Shown here: piece by piece, positions 9,027 to 17,562 of the stretch
How the letters are laid out: each line of letters starts with the position of its first letter
Numbering within the stretch: position 1 is the first letter of the stretch
From: a virus
Virus record (IMG/VR): IMGVR_UViG_3300027987_000212
Span: 32,001-96,000 of that record
Reading direction: 5' to 3' (one strand)
DNA length: 64,000 nt
Translations under genes and position numbers: made by a program
The notes under the pieces: generated by a model
Told to the model about the DNA's origin: nothing
Seen by the model: the letters and a program-made list of their open reading frames with translations, nothing else
Databases searched by the model: none

Positions 9027-9036
9027 TGCGTCTACT

Positions 9037-11043
9037 ATGGCTTCTGCTGGTTGGAACATAGATGTACCTGTTGCGGAGTACTACGGACCCGTACCAGATG
9101 CGTGGTCTACTCGAGTGCGCTCTCGAGACCTTCAGCCGTTAATGAACGAGCTGTACGATACCCCCGAGGTAGCAATTGACACAGAGACTACCGGATTGGT
9201 GGTGTGGCGAGACCTACCTCTGTACTTCTCTTTGGCGTGGCAAAATCGTCGAGCAACCCTGCACAGGTCATTGCTCCCGTACTTCAAACCCATGTTCGAC
9301 CACCCAGAGCGCCGCTGGGTTCTCGCGAACGCCAAGTACGACAACCACATCCTGGCGAACGAAGGCTACCCCCTCGAGGGATTACTAGTCGACACGCAGG
9401 TTGCACACGCGCTGCTCTACGAGGAGCAGCCACATGGCCTCAAGGAGATGGCAGGGTCTTTACTTGGTTGGAAGTGGTTGGACTTCCAAGACACCTTCGG
9501 ACGCATCAACAAGATGCAGTCCCCCGCACAGCTCATTGCGCGCGCAGAGTACGAGAACTTCCCCCTGCTCATCGAGTACGCAGCTAACGACGCATGGGGT
9601 ACCAAAAACGTCCACAACGTTCTGCAGAAGCAGCTGTTGGAGGCACGGACACACAGCCTCTTCAACAACATGCCGCCGTACATCAACACGCTGCATGACC
9701 TCTTCTGGAAAGTCGAAGTACCGTACACGAAGGTGCTGTGGAAGAACGAGCGCAACGGCATACTCATCGACCTACCGTTGTTGGAGCAGGCCAAGCCGGT
9801 CGCCGAAGCGGAAATCAAACAACACGAAAAGAACCTCGCCCAACTAGCAGGTACCCCGCACTTCAACCCCAACAGTACCCCCCAGTTGAAGGCATTCTTC
9901 TTCGATGTCTGCCAAGTAAAGCCGACTAAGATGACCAAGGGTGGCAAGAGTGGCAAGGTCAGCCCCTCTGTCGACGCCTCATTCTTGGAGCACTACGCGG
10001 AGCTGAACCTCACCGGCGCCGAGCCGAACTTTCAAGGAGAGTCTCGAGCTAAAGCCATGGCACAAGCTTTGGTGAAGTACCGAGACGTCAGTAAACTGTA
10101 CGGTACGTACATCGTAGGACTGAGCTCCAAGGTCGACCCTACGGGGAGGATACACACTCGGTTCAACCAAGACGTTGCGCGAACCGGTCGTCTCTCCTCA
10201 GCAGACCCAAACCTCCAGAACATCCCCAACCCAGAGAACGACAGCTGGAAGATTCGACGCGCATTCATTGCCCCGCCTGGCTACAAGCTAATCGTTGCTG
10301 ACTATCGGCAACTAGAGATGCGCTTGTTGGCTTGCGCCGCGATGGAGAAAGACATGGTCGACATCTTCCTTCGTGGTTGGGACATCCACATGGGCAACGC
10401 CTCGCTCATGTACGGCATCCCGTACGAGGAAATCTACGCAGCTAAGAAGAAGTCCGGTGACCTCTTCGCGAAGATGCTCCCCGCACGCATTGCCCAATGC
10501 GTTCAAGTGCGTAGTGACGCCAAAGCAATTGGCTTCGGTCTGAACTACGGTATGCGCGAGGCGAAGCTGGCAGCAACACTCGGCTGTACCGTAGAAGAAG
10601 CCATCAAGAAAATTGAGCAGTACAAGGCCACCTACCCTGCCGTCACCCACTTCTACGAAGAGGCCATCCGCGAAACAGAACTGACAGGCTATGCGTTCAC
10701 CATCCTAGGACGCCGCCGCAACGTTCCTGAGATTCGCTCCCCTCGTCGCATGGAGCGAATGAAGGCTGAGCGCATCTCCGTCAACACGCAGATTCAAGGC
10801 TCAGCAGCCGACGTCGTGAAGATGGCGCAAATCGTCTTGGACAAACTGGGAATGGACCGTCGATTCGACTGCCGTAGTAACCTGCAAGTACATGATGAAC
10901 TCGTACACACCTGCCCAGAGTTGTACGTACCTGAGTGCAAGTCGCTCATCATCGAGTTCATGGAGCACCCATTCCACATAGACCTAGCAGTTCCCTTGGA
11001 GGTAGACTGCGGCGTTCACCAAACATGGTTTGACGCCAAGTAA
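9037..11043 (+). CDS. polA: Family A DNA polymerase (3'-5' exonuclease plus polymerase, no 5'-3' exonuclease)
   Basis: Exo I IDTETTG, Exo II NAKYD, Exo III YAAND; TGRLSSADPNLQNIP; motif A ADYRQLEMR; motif B KAIGFGLNYG (Phe at the E. coli 762 position); motif C QVHDEL. Confidence 0.97.
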   Translation: MASAGWNIDVPVAEYYGPVPDAWSTRVRSRDLQPLMNELYDTPEVAIDTETTGLVVWRDLPLYFSLAWQNRRATLHRSLLPYFKPMFDHPERRWVLANAKYDNHILANEGYPLEGLLVDTQVAHALLYEEQPHGLKEMAGSLLGWKWLDFQDTFGRINKMQSPAQLIARAEYENFPLLIEYAANDAWGTKNVHNVLQKQLLEARTHSLFNNMPPYINTLHDLFWKVEVPYTKVLWKNERNGILIDLPLLEQAKPVAEAEIKQHEKNLAQLAGTPHFNPNSTPQLKAFFFDVCQVKPTKMTKGGKSGKVSPSVDASFLEHYAELNLTGAEPNFQGESRAKAMAQALVKYRDVSKLYGTYIVGLSSKVDPTGRIHTRFNQDVARTGRLSSADPNLQNIPNPENDSWKIRRAFIAPPGYKLIVADYRQLEMRLLACAAMEKDMVDIFLRGWDIHMGNASLMYGIPYEEIYAAKKKSGDLFAKMLPARIAQCVQVRSDAKAIGFGLNYGMREAKLAATLGCTVEEAIKKIEQYKATYPAVTHFYEEAIRETELTGYAFTILGRRRNVPEIRSPRRMERMKAERISVNTQIQGSAADVVKMAQIVLDKLGMDRRFDCRSNLQVHDELVHTCPELYVPECKSLIIEFMEHPFHIDLAVPLEVDCGVHQTWFDAK

Positions 11044-11052
11044 GGAGGAAGC

Positions 11053-11241
11053 ATGGACAAGCCAGACGAAGAAGGTATGTCGAAGTTCGGGGTAGACGAG
11101 ACTCTTCCCGAGGAGAAGCTCGCATTCATGCAGTACGATGAGCAGGGTAACGCTACCTGCCCACTCTGCAAACAAAAAGCAGAACGGCATGGTAGCGTGT
11201 TCATCTGTCCCACACATGGTACGGAGCCATTCGAAAAGTGA
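11053..11241 (+). CDS. Small Zn-finger protein
   Basis: AGGAGG SD; CPLC...CPTH. Confidence 0.75.
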   Translation: MDKPDEEGMSKFGVDETLPEEKLAFMQYDEQGNATCPLCKQKAERHGSVFICPTHGTEPFEK

Positions 11242-12596
11242 CCAAGAAAGCCGCCAAGAAAAAGAAGGCGGGCAAGGCAAGTAAAACCAACGCGGCGGCG
11301 GGTACCCCCGTCGCCGTTGCGGCACCTGCGTTACCGTCTATGCCCGCCCCCGCCCAACGAGGAGGTGTCGTCACTCGCGAAGAAGTCACCTCCACAAGTC
11401 GACTCCCCGCCAAGCGCAGAGCCATCAGTGAGTGGATGGGGCAGTTCAACACAGCCGAGAGTACTGTGGCAGCCTTCGCTGACCAGGTACAAAACATCAC
11501 CGAACTCAGACGTCCGAGCGGCATCATCTCACTGGACATCGATTGTGGTGGCGGGCTCCCGGCAAACCGCATGTCCATCATCTCTGGGCCAGACAACGCC
11601 GGCAAGTCGTTCCTACTCGCAAAGTACATGGCGATGCACCAACGGCTGTACGGGCCCAACAGTTCCCTCGCCATCTTGAATGTAGAACCATTCAACTACA
11701 AGCGTGCGCTACGCGTAGGTATGGTCATCGCCATACCCGACAACGTCATCGCTCAGTGGAACCAAGAACGCGCTCAGATTGGTCTCCCTGCCTACAACGC
11801 TGACGAGGTCGCCTACTTCAAACGTCAGATTGGTGAAGTAGTGATGCTACGCGGGGACACCGGGGAAGAGGCAATGAACATCGCACTCCAAGCCGTCAAG
11901 TCACGCCACTTCGGCATCGTCGCTATCGACAGCCTCAGCGCCATGCTGCCCGAGAAGAACATGGAGAAAGATGTCGGCGAAACGCCGGCAATGGCCGCAC
12001 AAGCGTTACTTCTGACGGACTTCGCGCAGAAGTACATGCCCACTATGAACATACTCAACGAGCGTGCCAACGAAACAACACTCATCGGCATCGCACAAGT
12101 CCGGTCGAACAAGGACAAAGCTACCGCAGGGCCAGCCGCCAAGTACATGAAGGACTGGGCAGCGACCGGCGCTTGGGCCACAAAACACCTGAAGAGCATC
12201 GACATCCAAATCTGGGACGCTGCCAAGATACGTAAAACGATTGGCGGCGTGCAGCATACCGTAGGCAAGGAGCTCAAGTGGGCCATCGAAAAGGGCAAAG
12301 ACGGTACGCACGATGGACGCACTGGCTCTACCGAGTTCTACTACGAGGGCTACTTACCCGCTGGCACGGATGACTTGGGCGGGCTCTACGTCGAAGGCTT
12401 CCGCCAAAGAGTGTTCGTGCCAACCGGGAAAGGCACCTCCTTCGACATCATACATCCAGTGACCCGCGTGAAGCAGGAGACCATCCAGAACCCCACCCAG
12501 TTCCAGAAGATGATGGCGGCGGACTTCGCCTACGAACTTCGCATGCGCTACTACATCCTTCGCGCTGCAGGAATCGAATGTCTGTATCAACCCTAA
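11238..12596 (+). CDS. recA: RecA/UvsX-like recombinase with Lys/Ala-rich N-terminal extension
   Basis: SLDIDCGGGLP, Walker A GPDNAGKS, VAIDSLSA, IAQVR. Confidence 0.92.
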   Translation: MTKKAAKKKKAGKASKTNAAAGTPVAVAAPALPSMPAPAQRGGVVTREEVTSTSRLPAKRRAISEWMGQFNTAESTVAAFADQVQNITELRRPSGIISLDIDCGGGLPANRMSIISGPDNAGKSFLLAKYMAMHQRLYGPNSSLAILNVEPFNYKRALRVGMVIAIPDNVIAQWNQERAQIGLPAYNADEVAYFKRQIGEVVMLRGDTGEEAMNIALQAVKSRHFGIVAIDSLSAMLPEKNMEKDVGETPAMAAQALLLTDFAQKYMPTMNILNERANETTLIGIAQVRSNKDKATAGPAAKYMKDWAATGAWATKHLKSIDIQIWDAAKIRKTIGGVQHTVGKELKWAIEKGKDGTHDGRTGSTEFYYEGYLPAGTDDLGGLYVEGFRQRVFVPTGKGTSFDIIHPVTRVKQETIQNPTQFQKMMAADFAYELRMRYYILRAAGIECLYQP

Positions 12597-13105
12597 ACGT
12601 TGACTACGAATACCGCCAAGAGGGCTCGTACATCACCGTGCACACTCCGGAGGGGCCCGTCACTGTCGGCCCCTTCAATCCCTTCCAAGACCATTGCCTG
12701 CATGGTGTAAAGCCGGCTGCAATGAAGAGCATGCCCCCTATCACGTCGAAGTCAGCCAAGACACAGCGACGCCGCGCTATGCGGCAAGAAGACGAGATTG
12801 CCTCACGCTACGAGGGAGGTCGTCGTGTACGTGGGTCTGGCTCAGTCAAGGGAAACAAGGGTGACGTTCGCGTCCACGGCCTCTTCCGCATCGAAGCCAA
12901 GTACACCCAACACGACTCCTACCGAATCACACTCGAACTACTGCGCAAGCTACGAGGGGAGGCTGCCGGCTTAGAACTACCCATGTTCGAGATTCACTTT
13001 CTAGACGAGTGCCGCCAAGCACGCGAACGCTGGGTGCTGTTCGATGCCCGTTACCTGCACTTCATGAAGTACGAGCCACCCTATGCAACTACTGTCCATA
13101 GCTGA
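12578..13105 (+). CDS. PD-(D/E)XK nuclease, Hjc-like Holliday junction resolvase
   Basis: QEDEIA...GSG...KGDV...FRIEAK. Confidence 0.75.
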   Translation: MSVSTLNVDYEYRQEGSYITVHTPEGPVTVGPFNPFQDHCLHGVKPAAMKSMPPITSKSAKTQRRRAMRQEDEIASRYEGGRRVRGSGSVKGNKGDVRVHGLFRIEAKYTQHDSYRITLELLRKLRGEAAGLELPMFEIHFLDECRQARERWVLFDARYLHFMKYEPPYATTVHS

Positions 13106-14006
13106 CCTAGCACGCCCACCCGACCAACTAGCTCCCATCATCCAGCAAGTAGGGCAACTGGGTAACCTGTACAAGCGCTTCATCGAAGAAGACGACGAGA
13201 CGTACAGCTACACCGTGACAGACTACTCCGAGAAGTCGCGCAAGCCAGGGTTTCATGCCTCGGAACTATCTGGGTGCTTTCGGCGGCTGGTTTACAGTAG
13301 GTGGAATACAGAGAAGAGGCCCAACCACAAGTTGGACGTCAACATGAAGATGCGCTTCCGTATCGGCACGGCAACGCATGGGATGGTGCAGGCTGACTTC
13401 CACCGCATGGTTGCGAAGCTTGGTACCACAACGTACCACGGAGTACCCATCTCCATCACGTTCCAAGACGAGGTAATCGTCAGTACGGAGAACTCCGCTA
13501 CCGCTGCTCGGTGGGACATCAGCTCGAGCTGTGACGGGCTGTTCACCTACTGGTACTGGGCTGGCGCCCAGTGGTTGCCCTACATCCGTGTTGGTTTGGA
13601 AATCAAAACGCAGTCTGACGCAGACTTCGGTAAGACTACCGAACCCAAATCAGACCACCGTGACCAGATAGCCACCTACATGCAATGCCTGGACATCCCG
13701 CTCTTCTGGACCTTCTACTACAACAAAAGCAACAGCAACTTCACCCAGCCCGAAGCCCCCTGGCTCATGCAGTTCGATGCGCCTCGCTGGGCTAAGCTGG
13801 AGAACCGCATGGTCTCCGCAGTAGAGCACGTGCAGCACGCTACCTTACCCGCACGTGAGGAGGGCAAGCCCTGCGGTTGGTGCCCCTACGCGTGGCACTG
13901 CCAACCCAACATCCTCAAACGTAAGTCGTACAACAACCAACCAAACGTATCACCAACCATGCTCAATAGGAGGAATCGCCATGAGTGGGCTAGAGCTTCC
14001 GCATAG
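13083..14006 (+). CDS. Cas4/RecB-like PD-(D/E)XK exonuclease
   Basis: HASELSGC.R, G...H, CDG, LEIKT, QIATYM, CGWCPYAWHC (Fe-S Cys pattern). Confidence 0.85.
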   Translation: MQLLSIADLARPPDQLAPIIQQVGQLGNLYKRFIEEDDETYSYTVTDYSEKSRKPGFHASELSGCFRRLVYSRWNTEKRPNHKLDVNMKMRFRIGTATHGMVQADFHRMVAKLGTTTYHGVPISITFQDEVIVSTENSATAARWDISSSCDGLFTYWYWAGAQWLPYIRVGLEIKTQSDADFGKTTEPKSDHRDQIATYMQCLDIPLFWTFYYNKSNSNFTQPEAPWLMQFDAPRWAKLENRMVSAVEHVQHATLPAREEGKPCGWCPYAWHCQPNILKRKSYNNQPNVSPTMLNRRNRHEWARASA

Positions 14007-14589
14007 CATGGGTGTTGAAACCCTCACTTGGGGAGCGCAGCAACACCATGCTCTCTACACGCAAATGAACACCGCGGCGGCAATCGAGCAGGAGCTCACC
14101 TCCTGGGGGTTCGAAGCCACCCCACGGCCAGTTCAAACCTACCCCAGCATCACTACGGAGGGGCTCACCAGCAGCAACACCGACCTCATCATCGAGCTCT
14201 TGGCTAGGGTCACCGCCTGGCACAACTACTCGGAGAACACCGCAACGCGGGTCAAGATAGTACTTGCCCAGCTCAAGCGGATACAGGCCAACGTAGAACG
14301 CGAGATACGAGCAGCGGCCGTTGCCGCTGCCAAACGAGACAAGCAGAAGAAGCCATCTGAGGCTACCCTCAAGGTACTGCCAGAGACCAACCCTCACTGG
14401 CAGCAACTCGACTTGGAGATACTGCAGTACGAACAACGCAAAGCACTGCTAGACTCCGCCGTCAATCGAGCCACCCGCGACTACACCATGGTCTCCCGCT
14501 CGGTAGAGCTACGCAAAATCGATATCGAAGCAGGGCGCAGAACTGGTAACGCCCCGTACGCCGGTGCAGGGATGCGGCCCCACCAATGA
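13981..14589 (+). CDS. Coiled-coil protein, possibly UvsY-like recombination mediator
   Basis: ATG 13981 with AGGAGG SD; helical; UvsY suggestion is from context only. Confidence 0.7.
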   Translation: MSGLELPHSMGVETLTWGAQQHHALYTQMNTAAAIEQELTSWGFEATPRPVQTYPSITTEGLTSSNTDLIIELLARVTAWHNYSENTATRVKIVLAQLKRIQANVEREIRAAAVAAAKRDKQKKPSEATLKVLPETNPHWQQLDLEILQYEQRKALLDSAVNRATRDYTMVSRSVELRKIDIEAGRRTGNAPYAGAGMRPHQ

Positions 14590-15044
14590 GCCAGTTACAC
14601 ATGGTCTTCGAGGGCGTGCCCCCTACCACCAACCACGCCTATATCGATAAAGTAGTCCCCGCAGCAAACCAGCCAAAGGGTGGGAAGGGGAAAGGCGGCG
14701 GCAAGCGCTGGGTAGTCAAGCGAATACTAAGTCCTGAGGGGGAGGCGTACAAGCTCGGCATCTCGACGCAAGTAGCTCAGCGCTACGGAGCCCAGACAAC
14801 CTGGGTACGGAAGGATGTTCCTTACGGGCTACTCATTCAGGTCGAAATGGTCATCGAAAATTCAGGGTGGCCAAAAGATGCCGAAAGCCGGTATAAGAAG
14901 CTCGACGCCAGCAACCGCTGCAAACTGCTGGAGGATGCCCTAGCGCCGAGTTTGGGTATCGACGACAGGCAGTTCCTCACCGTGACCGTACACAAGGTGC
15001 ACTCGCTCGTAGAACGCACCCAAGTCTGGATTTGGACCCTCTAG
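14586..15044 (+). CDS. rusA: RusA-like Holliday junction resolvase
   Basis: PPTTN; KLDASNRCKLLEDAL...IDDRQF. Confidence 0.85.
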   Translation: MSQLHMVFEGVPPTTNHAYIDKVVPAANQPKGGKGKGGGKRWVVKRILSPEGEAYKLGISTQVAQRYGAQTTWVRKDVPYGLLIQVEMVIENSGWPKDAESRYKKLDASNRCKLLEDALAPSLGIDDRQFLTVTVHKVHSLVERTQVWIWTL

Positions 15045-15056
15045 TCTGGAGCTAGC

Positions 15057-15407
15057 GTGACCTTCGACGAAGCCACTCGGCTAAACCACACAGAAGCCTA
15101 CCAACTCTGCCGACACGCTGGTATCCCGTGTCTCCCCAGCGAGCCGAAGGAAGCACTCATCGAGTACCTACTAGGTTTGCGCCAACCTCTTGCTGTAACG
15201 GAGAGCAATCACCCATTCGACACCTGGCGGCACGGCCTCGCTGGCTTCGTACTGGACCACTGGGAAGTGGTTCAGGCGCAACTTCGTTGTCCTCTGCGCA
15301 GCAAAGACCCGCGTTCGTGCTTCGGTTGCCTCGACACGCGCGTAGTCGAATGCCTAGTCAAGAACCCCCGCAATGAGCACCTCATTCAACTACACAGGAA
15401 GACATGA
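15057..15407 (+). CDS. Hypothetical; HeH/Rho-N-like N-terminus and C-terminal Cys cluster
   Basis: LNHTEAYQLCRHAGI...KEALIEYL; CP..CFGC..C. Confidence 0.75.
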   Translation: MTFDEATRLNHTEAYQLCRHAGIPCLPSEPKEALIEYLLGLRQPLAVTESNHPFDTWRHGLAGFVLDHWEVVQAQLRCPLRSKDPRSCFGCLDTRVVECLVKNPRNEHLIQLHRKT

Positions 15408-16387
15408 CGGACTACATCACAATCGACAACGCACCGCGCAGTAGCGAAGAGCTATTCAAGTTAGGCCGGTCTGCACGCTACCGACTAGCCTGCGCCATCC
15501 CTGGGTTCATCATCGATACCGCGGGGCAAGTCATCGCGTCGGCAGACGCCGCATACTTGCAGGCCACCGAAGAGCAGCAAACTCAAATGCTGCTCGAGGC
15601 CTTCCAAACCTACGACACTCAGCAAGGACACACGCCCGCAGGGCATCAGCAGCAAGGACACCCATCAATGAGCAACCCCCAGCAACCAGGCAACCCCCCT
15701 CCCGGCTACGGAGCTCCGCCCCCCGGCTACGCGCCTCAGCCAGGATACGGTGCTCCGCCACCTGGCTACGGCGCCCCACCCCCCGGATACGTTGCACCAC
15801 CCCCCGGGGCGCCACAACCCGGGTACGCTGCTCCACCTCCCGGCGCCCCACCAACGGCACCGCCACAGCCCGGCTACGGAGCTCCCCCTCCAGGCTACGG
15901 AGCTCCCCCTCCCGGTGCACCTCAACCAGGATACGGGGCCCCGCCGCCAAACGCCCCGCCTCCCGGGTATGCACCCCAGCCCGGATACGGCGCGCCGCCC
16001 GGCGCACCTCCCGGACCGCCCACAGCTGCCCCAGGCGCGCCCCCACCCCATGGTGCCCCGCCTCCCGGCGGCTTCGCTCCTCCGCCCCCCGGGGCCCCGC
16101 CTCCGGGAGCCCCGCCGCCTCCCATGGCTCCACCAGGACCCCCGCAGAATCACCTACCCCCTGCGCCCCCGCCACCTCCAAATGCCGGGGCCCCGATGGT
16201 TGACTTCGGCGTCTACGCGGCAGGGTCGATGAGCCTGCTCAACACCATTGGGCTGCTCGTCCTCTACGTCGCCGAACGCGTGTTGCAAACGCCCAAAGAA
16301 CAGCTCATTCCCGCCATCGAGAATGACCTGAAGAACGGGGCTCTGCAGCAACTCCTCGCGAAGAGCGCTCCGCCGGGAAACGGGTAA
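15404..16387 (+). CDS. Pro/Gly/Tyr repeat protein flanked by small folded domains
   Basis: AGGA SD; 11 PGY motifs in PGYGAPPP/APQPGY units; hydrophobic C-terminal helix. Confidence 0.88.
   Translation: MTDYITIDNAPRSSEELFKLGRSARYRLACAIPGFIIDTAGQVIASADAAYLQATEEQQTQMLLEAFQTYDTQQGHTPAGHQQQGHPSMSNPQQPGNPPPGYGAPPPGYAPQPGYGAPPPGYGAPPPGYVAPPPGAPQPGYAAPPPGAPPTAPPQPGYGAPPPGYGAPPPGAPQPGYGAPPPNAPPPGYAPQPGYGAPPGAPPGPPTAAPGAPPPHGAPPPGGFAPPPPGAPPPGAPPPPMAPPGPPQNHLPPAPPPPPNAGAPMVDFGVYAAGSMSLLNTIGLLVLYVAERVLQTPKEQLIPAIENDLKNGALQQLLAKSAPPGNG
15685..16195 (+). repeat. Coding degenerate repeats (PGYGAPPP)
   Basis: Repeated ggctacggagctccccct-like units. Confidence 0.9.
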
Positions 16388-16572
16388 GCGCACTCTGGCC
16401 AGGGTGCAGATTCCCTCACCCCCACGAGTACGTGGAACTGGACAACCGAGCCCTGGAGGCGATGACGCCTCTGGGGCTTTGGCAACTGGCCGAACAACTA
16501 GGCATCGGACATCCCTCCGATACCAGCACTAGTGGACTGCTACGGCACATCAGAAGCTTCTCTGTCGACTGA
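16381..16572 (+). CDS. -1 frame extension (63 codons) reachable by frameshift at G GGA AAC, or a small standalone HeH/Rho-N-like ORF
   Basis: RVSALWPGCRFPHPHEYVELDNRALEAMTPLGLWQLAEQLGIGHPSDTSTSGLLRHIRSFSVD*; fills a 202-nt gap in a tightly packed operon; not in ORF track. Confidence 0.6.
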   Translation, partial: RVSALWPGCRFPHPHEYVELDNRALEAMTPLGLWQLAEQLGIGHPSDTSTSGLLRHIRSFSVD

Positions 16573-16589
16573 AGAGCGTCGGAGACAAG

Positions 16590-16991
16590 ATGCGTGCACA
16601 CGAGTTAGCTCAGCTCGAGCCCTGGCGACAAAACCTGGGGCAGTCCGAAAGCATCCTAGCTCCTGCGTGGCGCCCCGAAGTACGGGAGCTATGTATGGGC
16701 GAAGTCACTTACGAGATGTCAGAGGGGGCAAGTACTGGGTGGTGGTGTTGCAGGGTCTGCGGGTTCTGCAGCAACGCAACAACACACAGCCACCACAAGG
16801 TACAGCACCCAGAGAACTACTACCACGACAGCTACGACGCGTTCTTCGAACACCGACGACAGCAAGGCGTGGATGAGGACACTGCCAAGCGTCAGGCGCT
16901 GTTCCTCATTGGGGTAGCTCTTCGGGCAGCAACAGCAACCCCACCGAACAAACTCACCGAGTTCGTCAACCGACTCTTGTCGATGACGTGA
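16590..16991 (+). CDS. Hypothetical protein with CxxC and His cluster
   Basis: GGAG SD; WCCRVCGFC...HSHH. Confidence 0.75.
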   Translation: MRAHELAQLEPWRQNLGQSESILAPAWRPEVRELCMGEVTYEMSEGASTGWWCCRVCGFCSNATTHSHHKVQHPENYYHDSYDAFFEHRRQQGVDEDTAKRQALFLIGVALRAATATPPNKLTEFVNRLLSMT

Positions 16992-16996
16992 TGCGG

Positions 16997-17026
16997 GGCA
17001 GGGGCTGACTACCAGTCCCTGCCTTT
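16997..17026. terminator. Hairpin terminator between convergent operons
   Basis: GGCAGGGGCTG-ACTAC-CAGTCCCTGCC-TTT. Confidence 0.7.
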
Positions 17027-17028
17027 AG

Positions 17029-17562
17029 CTACCTGTTTACCGCCCAGACTCCCACCCCTACCAGAGCCCCCGCAGTAACCACACCCAGCCCATAGTAAAA
17101 CGCCGGTGAGTCGAAGAAGCCCGGTTCGCGCTCACGCTCTTCTGCGGCTAAACGTGCTTGCTCCGCACGAAGCAACCGCTGGTTAAGGTCACTCTCTACT
17201 TGTGCTGCACGGTAGCGCTCCGCGTTCAACACACGTAGCTGATAGTGCTGCTGTACTGCGCAAAGGTTACGCTCTCGAGCCAAGTCTGCTTGGTACCGGT
17301 AGCGCCATTGCTGCAACCAGAACCCCCAACGGATGGCAGTGTCCACGTCGAACAGGTGCCCCTCGAATGGGGCAACCGCCCCTTTCGTCAACTCGACGAT
17401 GTTGTCCTCGCCGTCGGGCAAGGTCTGCAGCGGGGGGTCGAGAACAATACTCTCGGGGGCTACCAGCTTCAACTCAGGCACCTTTTCCAACGTCGGCACC
17501 ACGGATTGAGCCAGTACCTGCGCAGGCATCAGCACGCACGCAGCGAACACCTGGTACTTCAT
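17029..17562 (-). CDS. Exported coiled-coil protein with C-terminal TM helix, spanin-like lysis candidate
   Basis: Signal peptide (VLA-Q), LTKGAVAPFEG motif, C-terminal YYGLGVVTAGALVGVGVW. Confidence 0.7.
   Translation of the reverse strand: MKYQVFAACVLMPAQVLAQSVVPTLEKVPELKLVAPESIVLDPPLQTLPDGEDNIVELTKGAVAPFEGHLFDVDTAIRWGFWLQQWRYRYQADLARERNLCAVQQHYQLRVLNAERYRAAQVESDLNQRLLRAEQARLAAEEREREPGFFDSPAFYYGLGVVTAGALVGVGVWAVNR

Noticed and set aside
9037-11043. Modified-base (2-aminoadenine) system suggested by PolA plus MazG-like enzyme
   Set aside because: No purZ or datZ in the window; PolA shows ordinary motifs; cannot be supported here
1153-12596. Inteins or introns in helicase, PolA or RecA insertions
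   Set aside because: Insertions are short and lack intein terminal motifs or homing endonucleases; frames are continuous
13083-14006. Cas4-like gene as a CRISPR system
   Set aside because: No repeat-spacer array or other cas genes; stand-alone Cas4-like exonucleases are common in phage recombination modules
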